Position numbers and translations under genes: made by a program | From: a virus | Length of the DNA stretch: 64,000 nucleotides | IMG/VR virus record: IMGVR_UViG_3300028800_000086 | Coordinates: 5,873 to 69,872 of that record | Direction: 5' to 3' (one strand) | Shown here: positions 18,746 to 28,460 of the stretch, piece after piece | Layout of the letters: every line of letters starts with the position of its first letter | How positions within the stretch are numbered: position 1 is the first letter of the stretch | Notes under the pieces: model-generated | What the model was told of the DNA's origin: nothing | The model's database searches: none | The model's input: only the letters and a program-made list of their open reading frames with translations

Positions 18746-19329
18746 CGACCGGCCCTGACCGCAGCGTCGATCTCAGGCTGCGTGTCGCCTGATTGGATAA
18801 TCTTGCAACGGTTTTTCGGAATACCGCGGCTGTCGCATTCGTCTTCCATTTCCTGCTTGACCACGTTGCGGTCGTAATCACCGAAGTGAATTTGGCCGTC
18901 GACTAGCAGCGTGTAATACTTTCGCGCATCCGCCGCCGAGACGCGCTTGCCGAGCTTGTTGACTTCCTCGACCAGTGAGTCCATTGCGGATAGGCAATCT
19001 TCAGCGGTCGCTTCATGCGGTCCCGGTCCCTTTCCCTGCAGCGGCTCGCCCGGAAACGCGTCTCCGCGCTTGCGTTTCGACAACGACTTTTCGTTTTGAA
19101 AGGCGGCAACGGCTTCTTCAACATAACGCTTCGATGCGCCTTCTTGATCGAGCGCGCGACGCAATGCTTGTTCGCTTCCCGTCCAAGTCGAACCGAGATC
19201 AGCCGCGGGCATTGACAAGGCATCACCACGCTCCTCCTTAAGCGCGATCGCAACGGCCTGTTTCTGCGGACGACCGCTGTCGATCAACTCCGGGATATCA
19301 TGCGAAGGCTTTCCGGTAAGGGGCATCAC
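18742..19329 (-). CDS. Putative internal head protein (modular)
   Basis: N-terminal I.EL..SG.PQKQAVAIAL motif common in small head-gene ORFs; RGD-delimited segments. Confidence 0.55.
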   Translation of the reverse strand: MMPLTGKPSHDIPELIDSGRPQKQAVAIALKEERGDALSMPAADLGSTWTGSEQALRRALDQEGASKRYVEEAVAAFQNEKSLSKRKRGDAFPGEPLQGKGPGPHEATAEDCLSAMDSLVEEVNKLGKRVSAADARKYYTLLVDGQIHFGDYDRNVVKQEMEDECDSRGIPKNRCKIIQSGDTQPEIDAAVRAGR

Positions 19330-19406
19330 TACCTCGCGAAGATTATCGTGAAGAAAAGAAGCAGCCAGGGCGCTATGGCGATCGTAATCAGGAAGCCGCG
19401 GATCAT
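19329..19406 (-). CDS. 25-aa hydrophobic micro-protein MIRGFLITIAIAPWLLLFFTIIFAR
   Basis: Not in ORF track; ATGA overlap upstream and stop overlapping next start; single TM-like. Confidence 0.55.
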   Translation of the reverse strand: MIRGFLITIAIAPWLLLFFTIIFAR

Positions 19407-19909
19407 CCGCGTATGCCCATCGGGAAAAGCGTGCCGCCGGTTAGGTTACCGCCCGCGCTCAACTGAATGCGGAAGCCATCGTAGGCGACTTGCGCTGGGA
19501 CATCGCCTAGGTAGCCGTTAGCTAGGGTTGCGCTTGTTGCGTTGTTCTTTCGACCGCCCTCGATGTCGGCGTTTACCGGGACAAGGTTGTTGAAGTTGTT
19601 CAACGTAACCAACCAACCCGTCAAGGTAGCGGCTGGGACGACCGCCGATCCGCCAATGCTCCAGGCTGTCGTTATGCCGCCGTTTGTCGATCCGTTGCGA
19701 TTGTATTGGGCGGTAATCCAGGTGTTGGAAACCAACTCGTGAAGCTGCAACGTATAAAGCTGGTCCGCACCATCGTGGGTAAAGTCGTAACCGAACAAGC
19801 TGATGGCCTGAAACGCCGACAGGTTAAGCATGGAGATGTTTGTCGTCGGCGCCGAAACAGTAATCGGATTGCCGTCGGGCGTAATGATCGGCCCAGCCTT
19901 GATTTGCAT
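19403..19909 (-). CDS. Fibre-associated protein homologous to fibre C-terminal domain
   Basis: TGATG coupling to fibre; YDGFRIQLSAGG C-terminus resembles FNAFCILPSAG of the fibre. Confidence 0.6.
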   Translation of the reverse strand: MQIKAGPIITPDGNPITVSAPTTNISMLNLSAFQAISLFGYDFTHDGADQLYTLQLHELVSNTWITAQYNRNGSTNGGITTAWSIGGSAVVPAATLTGWLVTLNNFNNLVPVNADIEGGRKNNATSATLANGYLGDVPAQVAYDGFRIQLSAGGNLTGGTLFPMGIRG

Positions 19910-22900
19910 CAGATATCTCCCAACGGCAAACCCTGCACCGAGATTAAACCAGCAATGGCGTTGCCGGCACTCGGCAGGATGCAGAAAGCATTGAACACCG
20001 TATTGCCGTCGTAATATCCCGGATACATAATGTTGTTTGGATCGTTTTTCGTGCCGCCCTTCAACCGAACTGGCGTGCGCCAAGGTTGATTGAAGTTCAA
20101 CACTACTGCTTCGAAACCTATGGATACGTTGCCGGCAACGCTGCCCGAAAACAGGAGTTTGCTGGTACCTGACGTCCCACCAATCCGATTGTAGTTCGAG
20201 GTAGCAAACGTAACGCCGTTATCGGCGGAAAATTCAATACCCCAATTTTGGTTAGACAGACTGTCGTGCATCAGGCCCGTGCCCGAAATGATGAGCGTCG
20301 AGCACCAATCGAGATTACCGAAGATAATTTTTGTCATCGGGAACGGCACGGCGTAAGCGACCTTGCCGGGCGTGATAAGCGGCCCTATTCCGCGCCCGTT
20401 GATTATGTGCGGAGCCTGAACGATATCCGCGATGACCTCGCGCGGCGCGGGCGAAATGCCGGTCGCGTCCCATATCGTGTTTAGCCCCATGTCGCGAACG
20501 ACTTGCGTTACCGGCACGACAGGATCGACGACCAGCCCGGAAATTGAAGCGAAGCTCGACAGTCCTACCGCGTCGCCGTCCGAATTGCCGAGATCGAAGG
20601 CGTACTGAAAGCGACTGTCCGGCGTGATATTGTTGTTGAACAACACCTTCGGGCTTATGTAGGTGTTGCCGTAGGTAGATTGATTCTGGCCGTCAGTGCG
20701 AGCGTCCATGCTGTCGCCGCCAAACGGATCGAGGTTCGTCGCGCCCGGCGAGCCATCGGCGTTGATCGTGAAGCTGAACTGATCAACGATGCCGGTAATG
20801 CTGTACGGTCCGCCAATGTTGGGCGTACGGATAACGATGCCATTGTTGGTGTTGATGACGTGCGACAGCCTGACGTTCGCGCCGATATGGAAGCCCGCTG
20901 GCAATCCTTCCGAAGCACTGACGAGAACCTGAATGCCGCCGAGTTGTTGCGGCTCCAGGCCGTCGACGTTAAGCGAGACGGCGTCCTGTTGCTGGGCACC
21001 GTTATCGACAAAGCCCTTGATAATCGGGTTGATCGCGAAGTTGCCAGAGAGAGTGCCGTAACGACCTTGGTTCAGGTAGCAGACATCGAAACCCGTAACG
21101 GTATTCCCGGCGACGTAGAACCCGGTCGCCTCCGCGCCGATGTTGATTGCCTTTCCTCCTACTCGATTGAGCGAGGTAAACGTATTGTTAACGACGCGCC
21201 CACCAATCGACAAAAGCGTCGCGCCGCCACGGCACTTCGCCGTCGAGTCAGCAAGCGTGCCGATCCATGCGGGCGAGGTATCAACGAACGAACAACCACT
21301 GATGACGCAGTACTCGCCGCCGACCTGCGCATTGGATAGGCCGGAACCTACGCGCTGATAGTAACCGTTGCGTTTGTTGGCCCAACCTTCCGCCGCGCAG
21401 TTGGTCGCGCGGAAGTTAAGACCGCGCATGTCGATGATACGGTCGCCCACCGATATCCCGGCGTTGAACACCGAGACGGCGGAACCGCCGCCGTTGCCAC
21501 TTGCGTTGGCCGTCTGCCCATTTAGATCGAACTTCAACTGGCCGTCTTCGTCGGTCACGCCCAGGATGTTGAACGATCCGTTGAACGTACAACCGTTGAA
21601 GCCGGGCGTGCCGATAAAGCTAATGCGTTCGCCCGCGCCCGCGTTAAGCAGCGGCTTCTGGTAGGTCGGGCTGACCGGAGTCAGGACGTTGATGTTTATC
21701 GAAGCGTAGGTCTTGCCTGAGTAGGTGCGGATAGGATTGGTGCCGTTCGTTCCGGTCGTCGTGCCGCCCGTGATCGAGTTGATGGTCAGGCCCGTCGCTA
21801 TCGCGTAAGTGATCGTATCAATCCCGGGCTTCGACGCTACGGTAAAGGTGCCGTCCGCTGACGCCAGATCGCTGCCCGTTCCGGTAAGCGCCGATACGAC
21901 GATAACGTCGCCCGTCGCGAAAGTATTCGTTGCGGTCGTCTTCAAGGTAACGACGCCGGTCGTGCTGTTATAGCTGGAGCCGGTCGACTTAACCGCGAAC
22001 ACCGCGTTAACCAGCGGGCAATAGTAGTCCGTGCCCGTGCTGCGCGCCCCGTTCCGGTTATTCCACGACAGGTTCGTGCCCTGCCCACCCAACGCCCAAT
22101 ACTTGAACGTCATGTCGGTGTTGTAGATCGTCGTGTTCGATGACAGGCGGTTCTTAACGTCCTCGCAATCGCCGTCCGTTCCCCAATGGCCGCCGCCGCT
22201 CCAATAGATCATATTCTTGGAGTTGTAGCCGCCTAGGCTCGCGCCGTAACCCGGCGAGCCGAAATTGTAAACGTCGATCAGCTTGACCAGCGACAACGGG
22301 ACGTTGGTGTCGGTATCTCCTCCAAGATCGATGTTGTGGAAACCGTGCTGATAACCGGAGCGACTGCGGTTGCCGTGGAGGCACATTCCGCGAATAGTGA
22401 CGGATACGACGTTGGGGTAGTTTGGCGAAGCCCCCGCTGCACCGTTCGAAATCATGTGAGCGACGCCGTTCGACCCGTCCGGGCTTGCGCCCGTCTGATC
22501 GACCTTGTCCGCTAGGAATATCCAACTATTGGAACTTCCGCCGCCGTCGAACTCGACGCAACCCGGGACGCGAAGGATGGCTGTCTTCTGGTACTTGCCG
22601 CCCGGGGGCAACAGCATGACCGTCGTGCCGCCCGCCGTAAAGCCGTAAGAAAGCAGTCGATTGATTTCCGCCGCCGCGTCGAAGATCGTCCCGATCTGGT
22701 ACGCGTGACCGATGACGAATATCGATCCGTCGTCGACCCAAGGACAATCGTTCAGAACCCAAGTAAACGGGTCAGGTCCCGCCGAGACGTTCGACCAGTC
22801 CCCGTCCGCTCGATGAGCACCGTACGTCGTCCCGTTGATGCCCAAGTCACATCGTACGGCCAAATTTGTCGGCGCAATCTTGGCCTTTTGTCGGAAGCGA

Positions 22901-23703
22901 ACCGCCGTCAATCCACCGACGTTGAGGATGTCGCGAACCTGATACGACTGCGTCGAGACGATTGGTAGCGTCTGCTTATAACTGCCATCGGCGTAGTAGG
23001 CGACCGCCGCACCGACCGCCGCGCCGGTGAAGTTGGCCAGCGCGCCCCACAGGTACGACGGGTTTACCGCGCTTTCGGTATCGTCATGGGCTACGTCGGG
23101 CGGCGCAGGCGCAAGACCCTGTAACAACAGGATCGAGCCATTCCACTTTAGTTCCGCAATGGCTCCCGTGATCAGTTCGTTGCCGATAAGGGGCGAGCCG
23201 TCGCGCCGCCTTATCGGTACGTCAACACCCCATCCGTTGAACGTCGAAGGTCCGGAGTTGTCTTCCGGTATCTTAAAAGAGACGGTCAGTCCCGGTTCTG
23301 GCGCAACGATCGTCGGGTTGTAGACCGCCGTGTATTCGTTCGCGTTTGTCGCCGTCGCCTCGGCATAACTGTAGGCCTGGTTCTGCGCCTCTACCGTTTG
23401 CGGGAAGCGCGCCATCGTGCCAGCGGTGACCAGCTGTTCGAAGCCCGATCCTTCAGGCCAGTTCTGCGCGATCGTTCCTTCCTGGGCGCGAACGATAGTC
23501 AGCGTGTCGCCGTCGCGCGCCGTCACCAGGACGATTTCATTAAGCGGACCGAGCGCCAACGTGCCGTAAAATTCCGAACTTACTCCCGGTTGCGGAAACA
23601 ACGCGCCTTGGCCCAGGCTCAAAATGAGCGTGGTACCGTCCGTCTCCAGAAGATCGGCGGTTTCCGCGACGGCGTTGTTGGCGAATTGAAGAAGCTTCGT
23701 CAT
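19909..23703 (-). CDS. Tail fibre/tailspike with beta-helix region
   Basis: Start MTKLLQFANNA (ATGA overlap); EIVLVTARDGDTLTIVRAQEGT baseplate-anchor motif; LLPPGGKY beta-helix entry. Confidence 0.75.
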   Translation of the reverse strand: MTKLLQFANNAVAETADLLETDGTTLILSLGQGALFPQPGVSSEFYGTLALGPLNEIVLVTARDGDTLTIVRAQEGTIAQNWPEGSGFEQLVTAGTMARFPQTVEAQNQAYSYAEATATNANEYTAVYNPTIVAPEPGLTVSFKIPEDNSGPSTFNGWGVDVPIRRRDGSPLIGNELITGAIAELKWNGSILLLQGLAPAPPDVAHDDTESAVNPSYLWGALANFTGAAVGAAVAYYADGSYKQTLPIVSTQSYQVRDILNVGGLTAVRFRQKAKIAPTNLAVRCDLGINGTTYGAHRADGDWSNVSAGPDPFTWVLNDCPWVDDGSIFVIGHAYQIGTIFDAAAEINRLLSYGFTAGGTTVMLLPPGGKYQKTAILRVPGCVEFDGGGSSNSWIFLADKVDQTGASPDGSNGVAHMISNGAAGASPNYPNVVSVTIRGMCLHGNRSRSGYQHGFHNIDLGGDTDTNVPLSLVKLIDVYNFGSPGYGASLGGYNSKNMIYWSGGGHWGTDGDCEDVKNRLSSNTTIYNTDMTFKYWALGGQGTNLSWNNRNGARSTGTDYYCPLVNAVFAVKSTGSSYNSTTGVVTLKTTATNTFATGDVIVVSALTGTGSDLASADGTFTVASKPGIDTITYAIATGLTINSITGGTTTGTNGTNPIRTYSGKTYASININVLTPVSPTYQKPLLNAGAGERISFIGTPGFNGCTFNGSFNILGVTDEDGQLKFDLNGQTANASGNGGGSAVSVFNAGISVGDRIIDMRGLNFRATNCAAEGWANKRNGYYQRVGSGLSNAQVGGEYCVISGCSFVDTSPAWIGTLADSTAKCRGGATLLSIGGRVVNNTFTSLNRVGGKAINIGAEATGFYVAGNTVTGFDVCYLNQGRYGTLSGNFAINPIIKGFVDNGAQQQDAVSLNVDGLEPQQLGGIQVLVSASEGLPAGFHIGANVRLSHVINTNNGIVIRTPNIGGPYSITGIVDQFSFTINADGSPGATNLDPFGGDSMDARTDGQNQSTYGNTYISPKVLFNNNITPDSRFQYAFDLGNSDGDAVGLSSFASISGLVVDPVVPVTQVVRDMGLNTIWDATGISPAPREVIADIVQAPHIINGRGIGPLITPGKVAYAVPFPMTKIIFGNLDWCSTLIISGTGLMHDSLSNQNWGIEFSADNGVTFATSNYNRIGGTSGTSKLLFSGSVAGNVSIGFEAVVLNFNQPWRTPVRLKGGTKNDPNNIMYPGYYDGNTVFNAFCILPSAGNAIAGLISVQGLPLGDI

Positions 23704-25520
23704 CCGCGACATCCGACGCGAAAGTTGCCTGCCGCGAAGGTGCTGGCGCTGGGCGCGAACCGGATAGCATTCACCTGCGCTGCGGGGGCGAACATGACCG
23801 TGCGCGGTCCAGCGGTCGAGACGTTTGGGGTCGAATTGGGATTGCCCGTCGTGCTTTCGCCGCCGAATGCTCTTACATATCCGCCGCGCAATCCGGTGAT
23901 CCACTCGGTCAGGTAAACGGCCGACGTCGTCAGCGCCGAAGCCGTTACGTTGATGCGCGAAGCGCTGGTGTAAGTACTCCCGTTGTTGGTCGAAAAGAGG
24001 ATGTTCAGATCGGCAGTGCTGGTCGTGATCGTGACGCCATCGACGTAAATCAGCACGTCTTCGCAAGACAAACTGGTGAAGGAAACCGTCGAACCTGACG
24101 CTGCAGAACTCGACCAGACATAGCTCGCTTGGTTCCCGGTCAGACCAGCAATGGGCAGGCCGGTCGCGTTGGTAAGCGTGAGCGAAGAAGGAGTGCCGCC
24201 CGCCCCGTTGAACAGCACCGGAGCGCCAGCCGATCCGACGTTGACGCCGAGCGCCGTGGCGATGCCAGTGCCCAGGCCCGTAATCGAGCCAACCGCGGGC
24301 GTTACCGTGACATTGGCCGCGGCTGTGATCAACCCCTTGGCGTTGACCGTGAACGTGCTCGCCTGAGTCGCGGAGCCGAATGAACCTACATTGCTATTGA
24401 CCGTCGCCAGCGTCGTGCCAAGAGCGCCCGCGCTGGTCGTAACGTCGCCCGTCAACGCGGGAAACTGTCCCGCTTGTAGTGTGCCCGTCAATCCGGTCGT
24501 CGGAATTCCGGTAAGATTGGTGCCTATGCCGGACGACGGCGTGCCGAGCGCGCCCCCATTCACTACGAACGACCCCGCCGTGCCGACGTTGACCGCAAGC
24601 GCCGTAGCGACGCCTGTTCCGAAACCCGTAACGCCGGAAAGCGGAACCGCGGCAGCAGTAATCGAGCTATTGCAGCCGAACCCAGTATTGGTCGTCCAAT
24701 TTAAGGCGCTCCCGGCGACGCTACAGGACGCCATCGCCAACGCGGTCGGGGATGCCGCGCCGGAAGTAGCATTACCAACGACCGTATTAGCGGCTTCGGT
24801 AGCCAATCCTGAAAGCGGCAGTGAAGAACCGTTCGTCAACGCAATTGACGACGGCGTGCCGCCCGCGCCATCGAAAATAACCGGAGCGCCCGCCACACCG
24901 ACGTTAGTCGCGAGCGCGGTGGCAACGCCCGTACCGAACCCGCTGATGCCCGCAATAGGAAGACTGTTGCCGTTGGTCAAGTTGACCGCAGACGGCGTTC
25001 CCAAATTCGGCGTCGTTGTACTCTTGAGCAACTTGCCGGTCGTTCCGTCGAACGTCGCGACGAGGTTATCGGTCGATGACGCCGGGCCGACTACGTCGCC
25101 TGAGCTTGATGGAATGCTGTGACAGAGAAAGCCTGTGCCCGAAGTCCAGCCCAGCGCGTCGAGCGTGCCGCTGCAGGAGGGAACCGCGAGCGCTTGAGGC
25201 GTCGTGCTGCCCGCCGTCCCATTACCCATCAACGTGTTCGCGGCGATCGACGCCATCGATGAGAGATTAAGATTGCCGGCGAGGACGACCGCGCCCGTTG
25301 TCGGCGTGTTGGGAGTAAATCCTGTCGAGCCGCCCGACCACGTAGTAACCGCGCCCGCAAGGCAAGGCGCGTCGGTCAACGTACTACTGCCAATCTTGAG
25401 GCAATGACCGTTTGTACCGCCGATGACCGCTGTGCCGTTAACGTAAAGAGCGTTTTGCGCGTCGACCGGAAGTCCGATCAGGCACGCGATGACGATGAAA
25501 AGGGTGGAAAAGAAACGCAT
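23700..25520 (-). CDS. Low-complexity G/T/A/S-rich fibre-like protein
   Basis: Repeats of GTPSS..LTN.T.LP and GTGVATAL..NVG; hydrophobic signal-like N-terminus. Confidence 0.65.
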   Translation of the reverse strand: MRFFSTLFIVIACLIGLPVDAQNALYVNGTAVIGGTNGHCLKIGSSTLTDAPCLAGAVTTWSGGSTGFTPNTPTTGAVVLAGNLNLSSMASIAANTLMGNGTAGSTTPQALAVPSCSGTLDALGWTSGTGFLCHSIPSSSGDVVGPASSTDNLVATFDGTTGKLLKSTTTPNLGTPSAVNLTNGNSLPIAGISGFGTGVATALATNVGVAGAPVIFDGAGGTPSSIALTNGSSLPLSGLATEAANTVVGNATSGAASPTALAMASCSVAGSALNWTTNTGFGCNSSITAAAVPLSGVTGFGTGVATALAVNVGTAGSFVVNGGALGTPSSGIGTNLTGIPTTGLTGTLQAGQFPALTGDVTTSAGALGTTLATVNSNVGSFGSATQASTFTVNAKGLITAAANVTVTPAVGSITGLGTGIATALGVNVGSAGAPVLFNGAGGTPSSLTLTNATGLPIAGLTGNQASYVWSSSAASGSTVSFTSLSCEDVLIYVDGVTITTSTADLNILFSTNNGSTYTSASRINVTASALTTSAVYLTEWITGLRGGYVRAFGGESTTGNPNSTPNVSTAGPRTVMFAPAAQVNAIRFAPSASTFAAGNFRVGCRG

Positions 25521-25523
25521 CGA

Positions 25524-26840
25524 TCAGGCCGGTGTAAACGTGACGGTCTGAACGGGCGACGTATCGGTCGGGATGACGAAACCGCCCGTCACGGTCTGCG
25601 CCGTCAAGTCTGTTTCGCCGCTGACGCGAACAATTGCGATGTCATAGACGCCGTCAGGAACGTCAATGGTGCAGATGTCTTCGGCGCGCGTCGCCTGCGT
25701 CAGATCGGTCGAGCGAATGTAGCTGCTGAGATCGCCTGCCTCGATCTGGATGCCGTAAAGCAGGCCGTCCCAGCTGAAGTTAGGAGCAAAGTTCGCCTTG
25801 TACCCGTCGTTCGAAAAGAACGGGGGATCAGTCGACGGAGGAGGGTTCCAACCCGTGGCGGGAATTCCCATTGTAACGAGGACTTGCGGCGTGGGCATCG
25901 TCGCACTGACAACCAAACCTTCGATAACGCAGCGAAACCACCCTGGGCTGCTTGGATTGCCGGGAGGATTGTAAGGGCCTGAGATGGTAGAACTGTCGAA
26001 CCCCGCTTGGCTGGTCGAGCCGCTATCCGCCGTTGTGCCCGCCTGAACGTCGAAGATCGCCGTTAAGCCCACGCCGTCATCGTTATTGAAGTTGACGATT
26101 AGGGCCGGATAGCCGCCGCTGCTGTGGTATTTGCCGAAGATGCTGAGCGTGTAGTTGATATCTCTTTCCGGCGTGACGGGATTGGGAGGATCGATGGCTG
26201 ATCCAAACATTTGATAAACGCCATAGACAGCAGGATCGGAAGCGAACGTGTAGATTTGTGTTGCGCTGTCCGTGTTGTCCGGTCCTTGGGGGTTGTCAGA
26301 GGCAGGGAAACCCACTGATGTTCCGCTCAAGGCTTGCCAGCCTCGGTTCGTCGCGCCACTGGCAGCGAAATCCTGCGTCGATACCGCAATGTTGGTGCGC
26401 GCGGGCTCAACGAGAAGGCCCAAGATATCGTGGGACACCGGATCGCAGGTAAATCTGGCTGTGTCGTTCGATGCAAATTGCAACACGGCGCTGTTGTCGA
26501 CGTAGCTTCCTTCGGAAGCGCGCGTCAGCCCGGCCCCTCCGGGCAATGTGCCGAGAGTGAAATCGAACGTAAGGACGTGAGGATAAGAGGCGCTGAAAAA
26601 ACCGACCGCGTCGCCGGGCGCACTCGTTACGTTACGAACGCAAAGGGGCAGAACGGTCGACGGAGCGACGTTACTAAACGTCACAGGGCTATCGTCGCCC
26701 GCCAAGGTGACGACAAACTCGCCGCCCGCACCCGACCAGATATAACGCGTCAGGCGTTTCAGATCGCCGGTCGGGAGCGTCAGCCCGTGTGTCGCGGGAC
26801 CGGGTCCTACTGTCGCGGCGGGAGGAATAAAACCGGGCAT
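25524..26840 (-). CDS. Head spike base + head spike fibre fusion (RcGTA Rcc01079/Rcc01080-like)
   Basis: N-terminal copy of spike-base domain, then LTRASEGSYVD...ARF...GLLVEPARTN and QIEAG..SSYI....ATRAED fibre motifs. Confidence 0.7.
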   Translation of the reverse strand: MPGFIPPAATVGPGPATHGLTLPTGDLKRLTRYIWSGAGGEFVVTLAGDDSPVTFSNVAPSTVLPLCVRNVTSAPGDAVGFFSASYPHVLTFDFTLGTLPGGAGLTRASEGSYVDNSAVLQFASNDTARFTCDPVSHDILGLLVEPARTNIAVSTQDFAASGATNRGWQALSGTSVGFPASDNPQGPDNTDSATQIYTFASDPAVYGVYQMFGSAIDPPNPVTPERDINYTLSIFGKYHSSGGYPALIVNFNNDDGVGLTAIFDVQAGTTADSGSTSQAGFDSSTISGPYNPPGNPSSPGWFRCVIEGLVVSATMPTPQVLVTMGIPATGWNPPPSTDPPFFSNDGYKANFAPNFSWDGLLYGIQIEAGDLSSYIRSTDLTQATRAEDICTIDVPDGVYDIAIVRVSGETDLTAQTVTGGFVIPTDTSPVQTVTFTPA

Positions 26841-26841
26841 C

Positions 26842-27102
26842 TTACCAAAGCCCCACAAGAGCACTCGCGCTCGACGCCGTCATGACGCGCCGCGCACAAA
26901 CTTCAATGAAGTTTCCCTGTAGCGCAGGAAGCGTGACAGGGTCGTCGTCGCCCGCAAGGATGACGACGAGATTGCCTGACGAACCGACGTAGATCATCCG
27001 CGTCAGATGCGGCAAGTCATTAGCGTCATCCGGCGTGATAGAGAAGCCGTGCGCGGCAGGACCAGGCGATACCGATGCAGCGGGAGGCTTGAAATACGTC
27101 AT
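26842..27102 (-). CDS. Head spike base protein (RcGTA Rcc01079-like)
   Basis: PA....ITPDDANDLP..TR.IYVG..GNL.V motif, 86 aa. Confidence 0.75.
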   Translation of the reverse strand: MTYFKPPAASVSPGPAAHGFSITPDDANDLPHLTRMIYVGSSGNLVVILAGDDDPVTLPALQGNFIEVCARRVMTASSASALVGLW

Positions 27103-27440
27103 ACGGTAATCCCCAATGGCGGAAGACGAAGCGGAGCGCGATGCGGCTGGCCCGTACCGCGCATCAACAATGCCTTATCGACGACCTGGACGCGAGGCGT
27201 TGCGTCGTTACGTTGCGGCCGCGGCTTACGACGCTCGACCGCGAGAACTTCACGACGCTTACGCTGCAGCGACTTGTAATGCTCGACGCCTTCGCAACCC
27301 AGCACGTAATAGATGGCGGCGCGAGACGAACCGTATTCCGTCGCCATCGTCGAAATGATTTCCGATCTCGCCGCGCGCGTCTCGGCCGCCTTCCAGCGCG
27401 CCGCGATCGTGATGTAATCGGTTTTCGGTATCTTGTTCAT
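27099..27440 (-). CDS. Hypothetical basic protein, possible HTH
   Basis: Start MNKIPK with ATGA overlap; MATEYGSSRAAIYYVL HTH-like. Confidence 0.5.
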   Translation of the reverse strand: MNKIPKTDYITIAARWKAAETRAARSEIISTMATEYGSSRAAIYYVLGCEGVEHYKSLQRKRREVLAVERRKPRPQRNDATPRVQVVDKALLMRGTGQPHRAPLRLPPLGITV

Positions 27441-27643
27441 CGCAGGAGATGGCCGCTCGTCAGCGCCGGGCCGATCATGCGCCAGACCAGCAAAATGCAA
27501 ACGAGCGCGACGACGACCCACAGTATCTTGATCACCTGGGCGGGGAGCGGAACGCCGATCTGATTGAGGACCCAGATGATAAGGAACCCGACCGCGACGG
27601 CAAGACAAATGTAGATAAGTAAAACGATGATCGCTTCGAACAT
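27437..27643 (-). CDS. Small two-TM membrane protein
   Basis: 68 aa, two hydrophobic helices separated by PLPAQ; GGAG RBS. Confidence 0.7.
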   Translation of the reverse strand: MFEAIIVLLIYICLAVAVGFLIIWVLNQIGVPLPAQVIKILWVVVALVCILLVWRMIGPALTSGHLLR

Positions 27644-27644
27644 G

Positions 27645-28460
27645 TTATGCTCTCCTCTTCATGGCTTCGCGACCCGCCGCGGTAAGCATTTCCTTCGGCA
27701 GGTCGTCGATCGAATAGATGTATTGATAGTAGCACCGGCAATAGACTTCTTCGCCGGGCTGAGTAATCTGATCCGTGTACTGGTGACCGTCGAGCTTGAT
27801 CAGTCCCTTCTGCATTGCCCAGTTATCGCGAACCACGTACAGGTCCTTGTCGCGCTCCTTGTGGTCTTCGCGGTAATCGTAATTCGCCTGCCGCCAGTGA
27901 CTGTGCCAGATAGCGGCGATCGCCCCGCCGCCCACCGCGACAACGTCGTTGAGCGTCGAGGTAAGCTTGATGCCCTGATCGGTCATCACCCGGCGTTCCC
28001 GGAACGACAATCCCGATAGCGACTTGCGGATGTCGACCTTCGCCGCCTTCTTGTCCGTCGCCTCGCTGCCTCCGGGCGGCACTGAAGTCGCCCAACCGTA
28101 GAACCGGCGAACCATCGCCGTCATCTCCTGATCGCGATTGAGCCGAATCAGTCCGATGCTCGCCATGATGCGGCGGTCTAGCTCCGCTTTCAATTCCGGG
28201 CGAAGGCGGTCGATCGTATAGCGATTGACTCCCTTGTGCATCGAGACGATACCGCCGCGCTCGATCAGCCGCCGATACAAGGCCGTCAACCCCTCGCGCA
28301 ACATCTTCTCCATCCGATCTCGCGGCATCATGTCGGCTTCGGCCGCCCGGCGCAAACGCTCGCTCCACATCTCGACGCGTTCGTTGCTGTCGAAACCGTT
28401 TTCAGCCAAGTCGTCGATCGCGGCTTGCAGCACGGCGTAGAAGGAAGCTGTGTTGGGCAT
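27645..28460 (-). CDS. Head morphogenesis protein (MuF/SPP1 gp7 family)
   Basis: REDHKERD and PGEEVYCRC motifs; near portal. Confidence 0.8.
   Translation of the reverse strand: MPNTASFYAVLQAAIDDLAENGFDSNERVEMWSERLRRAAEADMMPRDRMEKMLREGLTALYRRLIERGGIVSMHKGVNRYTIDRLRPELKAELDRRIMASIGLIRLNRDQEMTAMVRRFYGWATSVPPGGSEATDKKAAKVDIRKSLSGLSFRERRVMTDQGIKLTSTLNDVVAVGGGAIAAIWHSHWRQANYDYREDHKERDKDLYVVRDNWAMQKGLIKLDGHQYTDQITQPGEEVYCRCYYQYIYSIDDLPKEMLTAAGREAMKRRA

Noticed and set aside
23704-24066. N-terminal extension of the 1385-aa fibre ORF
   Set aside because: Overlaps the upstream gene; real start is likely ATG 23703 with ATGA coupling
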